Below are positions 63,871-64,000 of a stretch of 64,000 nt of DNA, in pieces. The translations under genes were made by a program, and so were the position numbers. The DNA comes from Octopus bimaculoides (taxonomy: Eukaryota): NCBI RefSeq assembly GCF_001194135.2, contig NC_069003.1, positions 32,809,543-32,873,542 of the forward strand, in the 5' to 3' direction. The number at the start of each line of letters is the position of its first letter. Position 1 is the first letter of the stretch. The notes below the pieces were generated by a model. That model was not told the DNA's origin. It did not search any database and saw only the letters and a program-made list of their open reading frames with translations.

Positions 63871-64000
63871 GCATATAGATTGCTTATTTTTAGGATATTA
63901 CAGGATAAGTGTGAGAGGCATTTTCAACACAAAATAGATAGAATATTTTTGGTTCTGATATGTCTGCTTTAAATGCTAAAAGATTAGTGATATTGCTTAG

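Noticed and set aside
1-64000. CRISPR arrays, rRNA or bacterial operon-like systems
   Set aside because: No regularly spaced direct repeats with unique spacers and no prokaryotic-type gene density; the window is intron-rich animal DNA.

Overview
AT-rich, repeat-dense eukaryotic DNA with 8 assembly gaps; the repeat families and genes suggest an octopus (inference). Two spliced genes lie on the + strand. (1) A complete 6-exon fatty-acyl elongase (Elovl2/5-like), CDS join(13666..13726,17655..17845,23826..23912,26383..26554,27025..27149,30029..30277), 885 nt, 294 aa, with an HVFHH box and a KKAQ C-terminus. (2) A kynurenine/alpha-aminoadipate aminotransferase (AADAT/KAT II) with 10 coding exons from 52482 to 61492 (410 codons, PLP lysine in DSFSK); its last exon was not found. 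The rest is SINEs, MITEs (hAT-, piggyBac- and mariner-like), decayed Tc1/mariner, Merlin-like and RTE-like fragments, and microsatellites. The main signal outside the gene models is a set of hammerhead-ribozyme (HHR) motifs from several unrelated repeat families. One has a fully intact catalytic core (40260-40327). Two minimal, palindromic-stem-III motifs lie within 2 kb of it. A composite Penelope-like module (ORF fragment, tRNA-like head, minimal HHR) occurs as decayed copies in introns of both genes and near the window end. HHRs in Penelope-like elements are established biology; whether these particular families, or the tRNA-head plus HHR combination, are undescribed cannot be determined without database searches. 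All motifs were read by eye and none was tested computationally.
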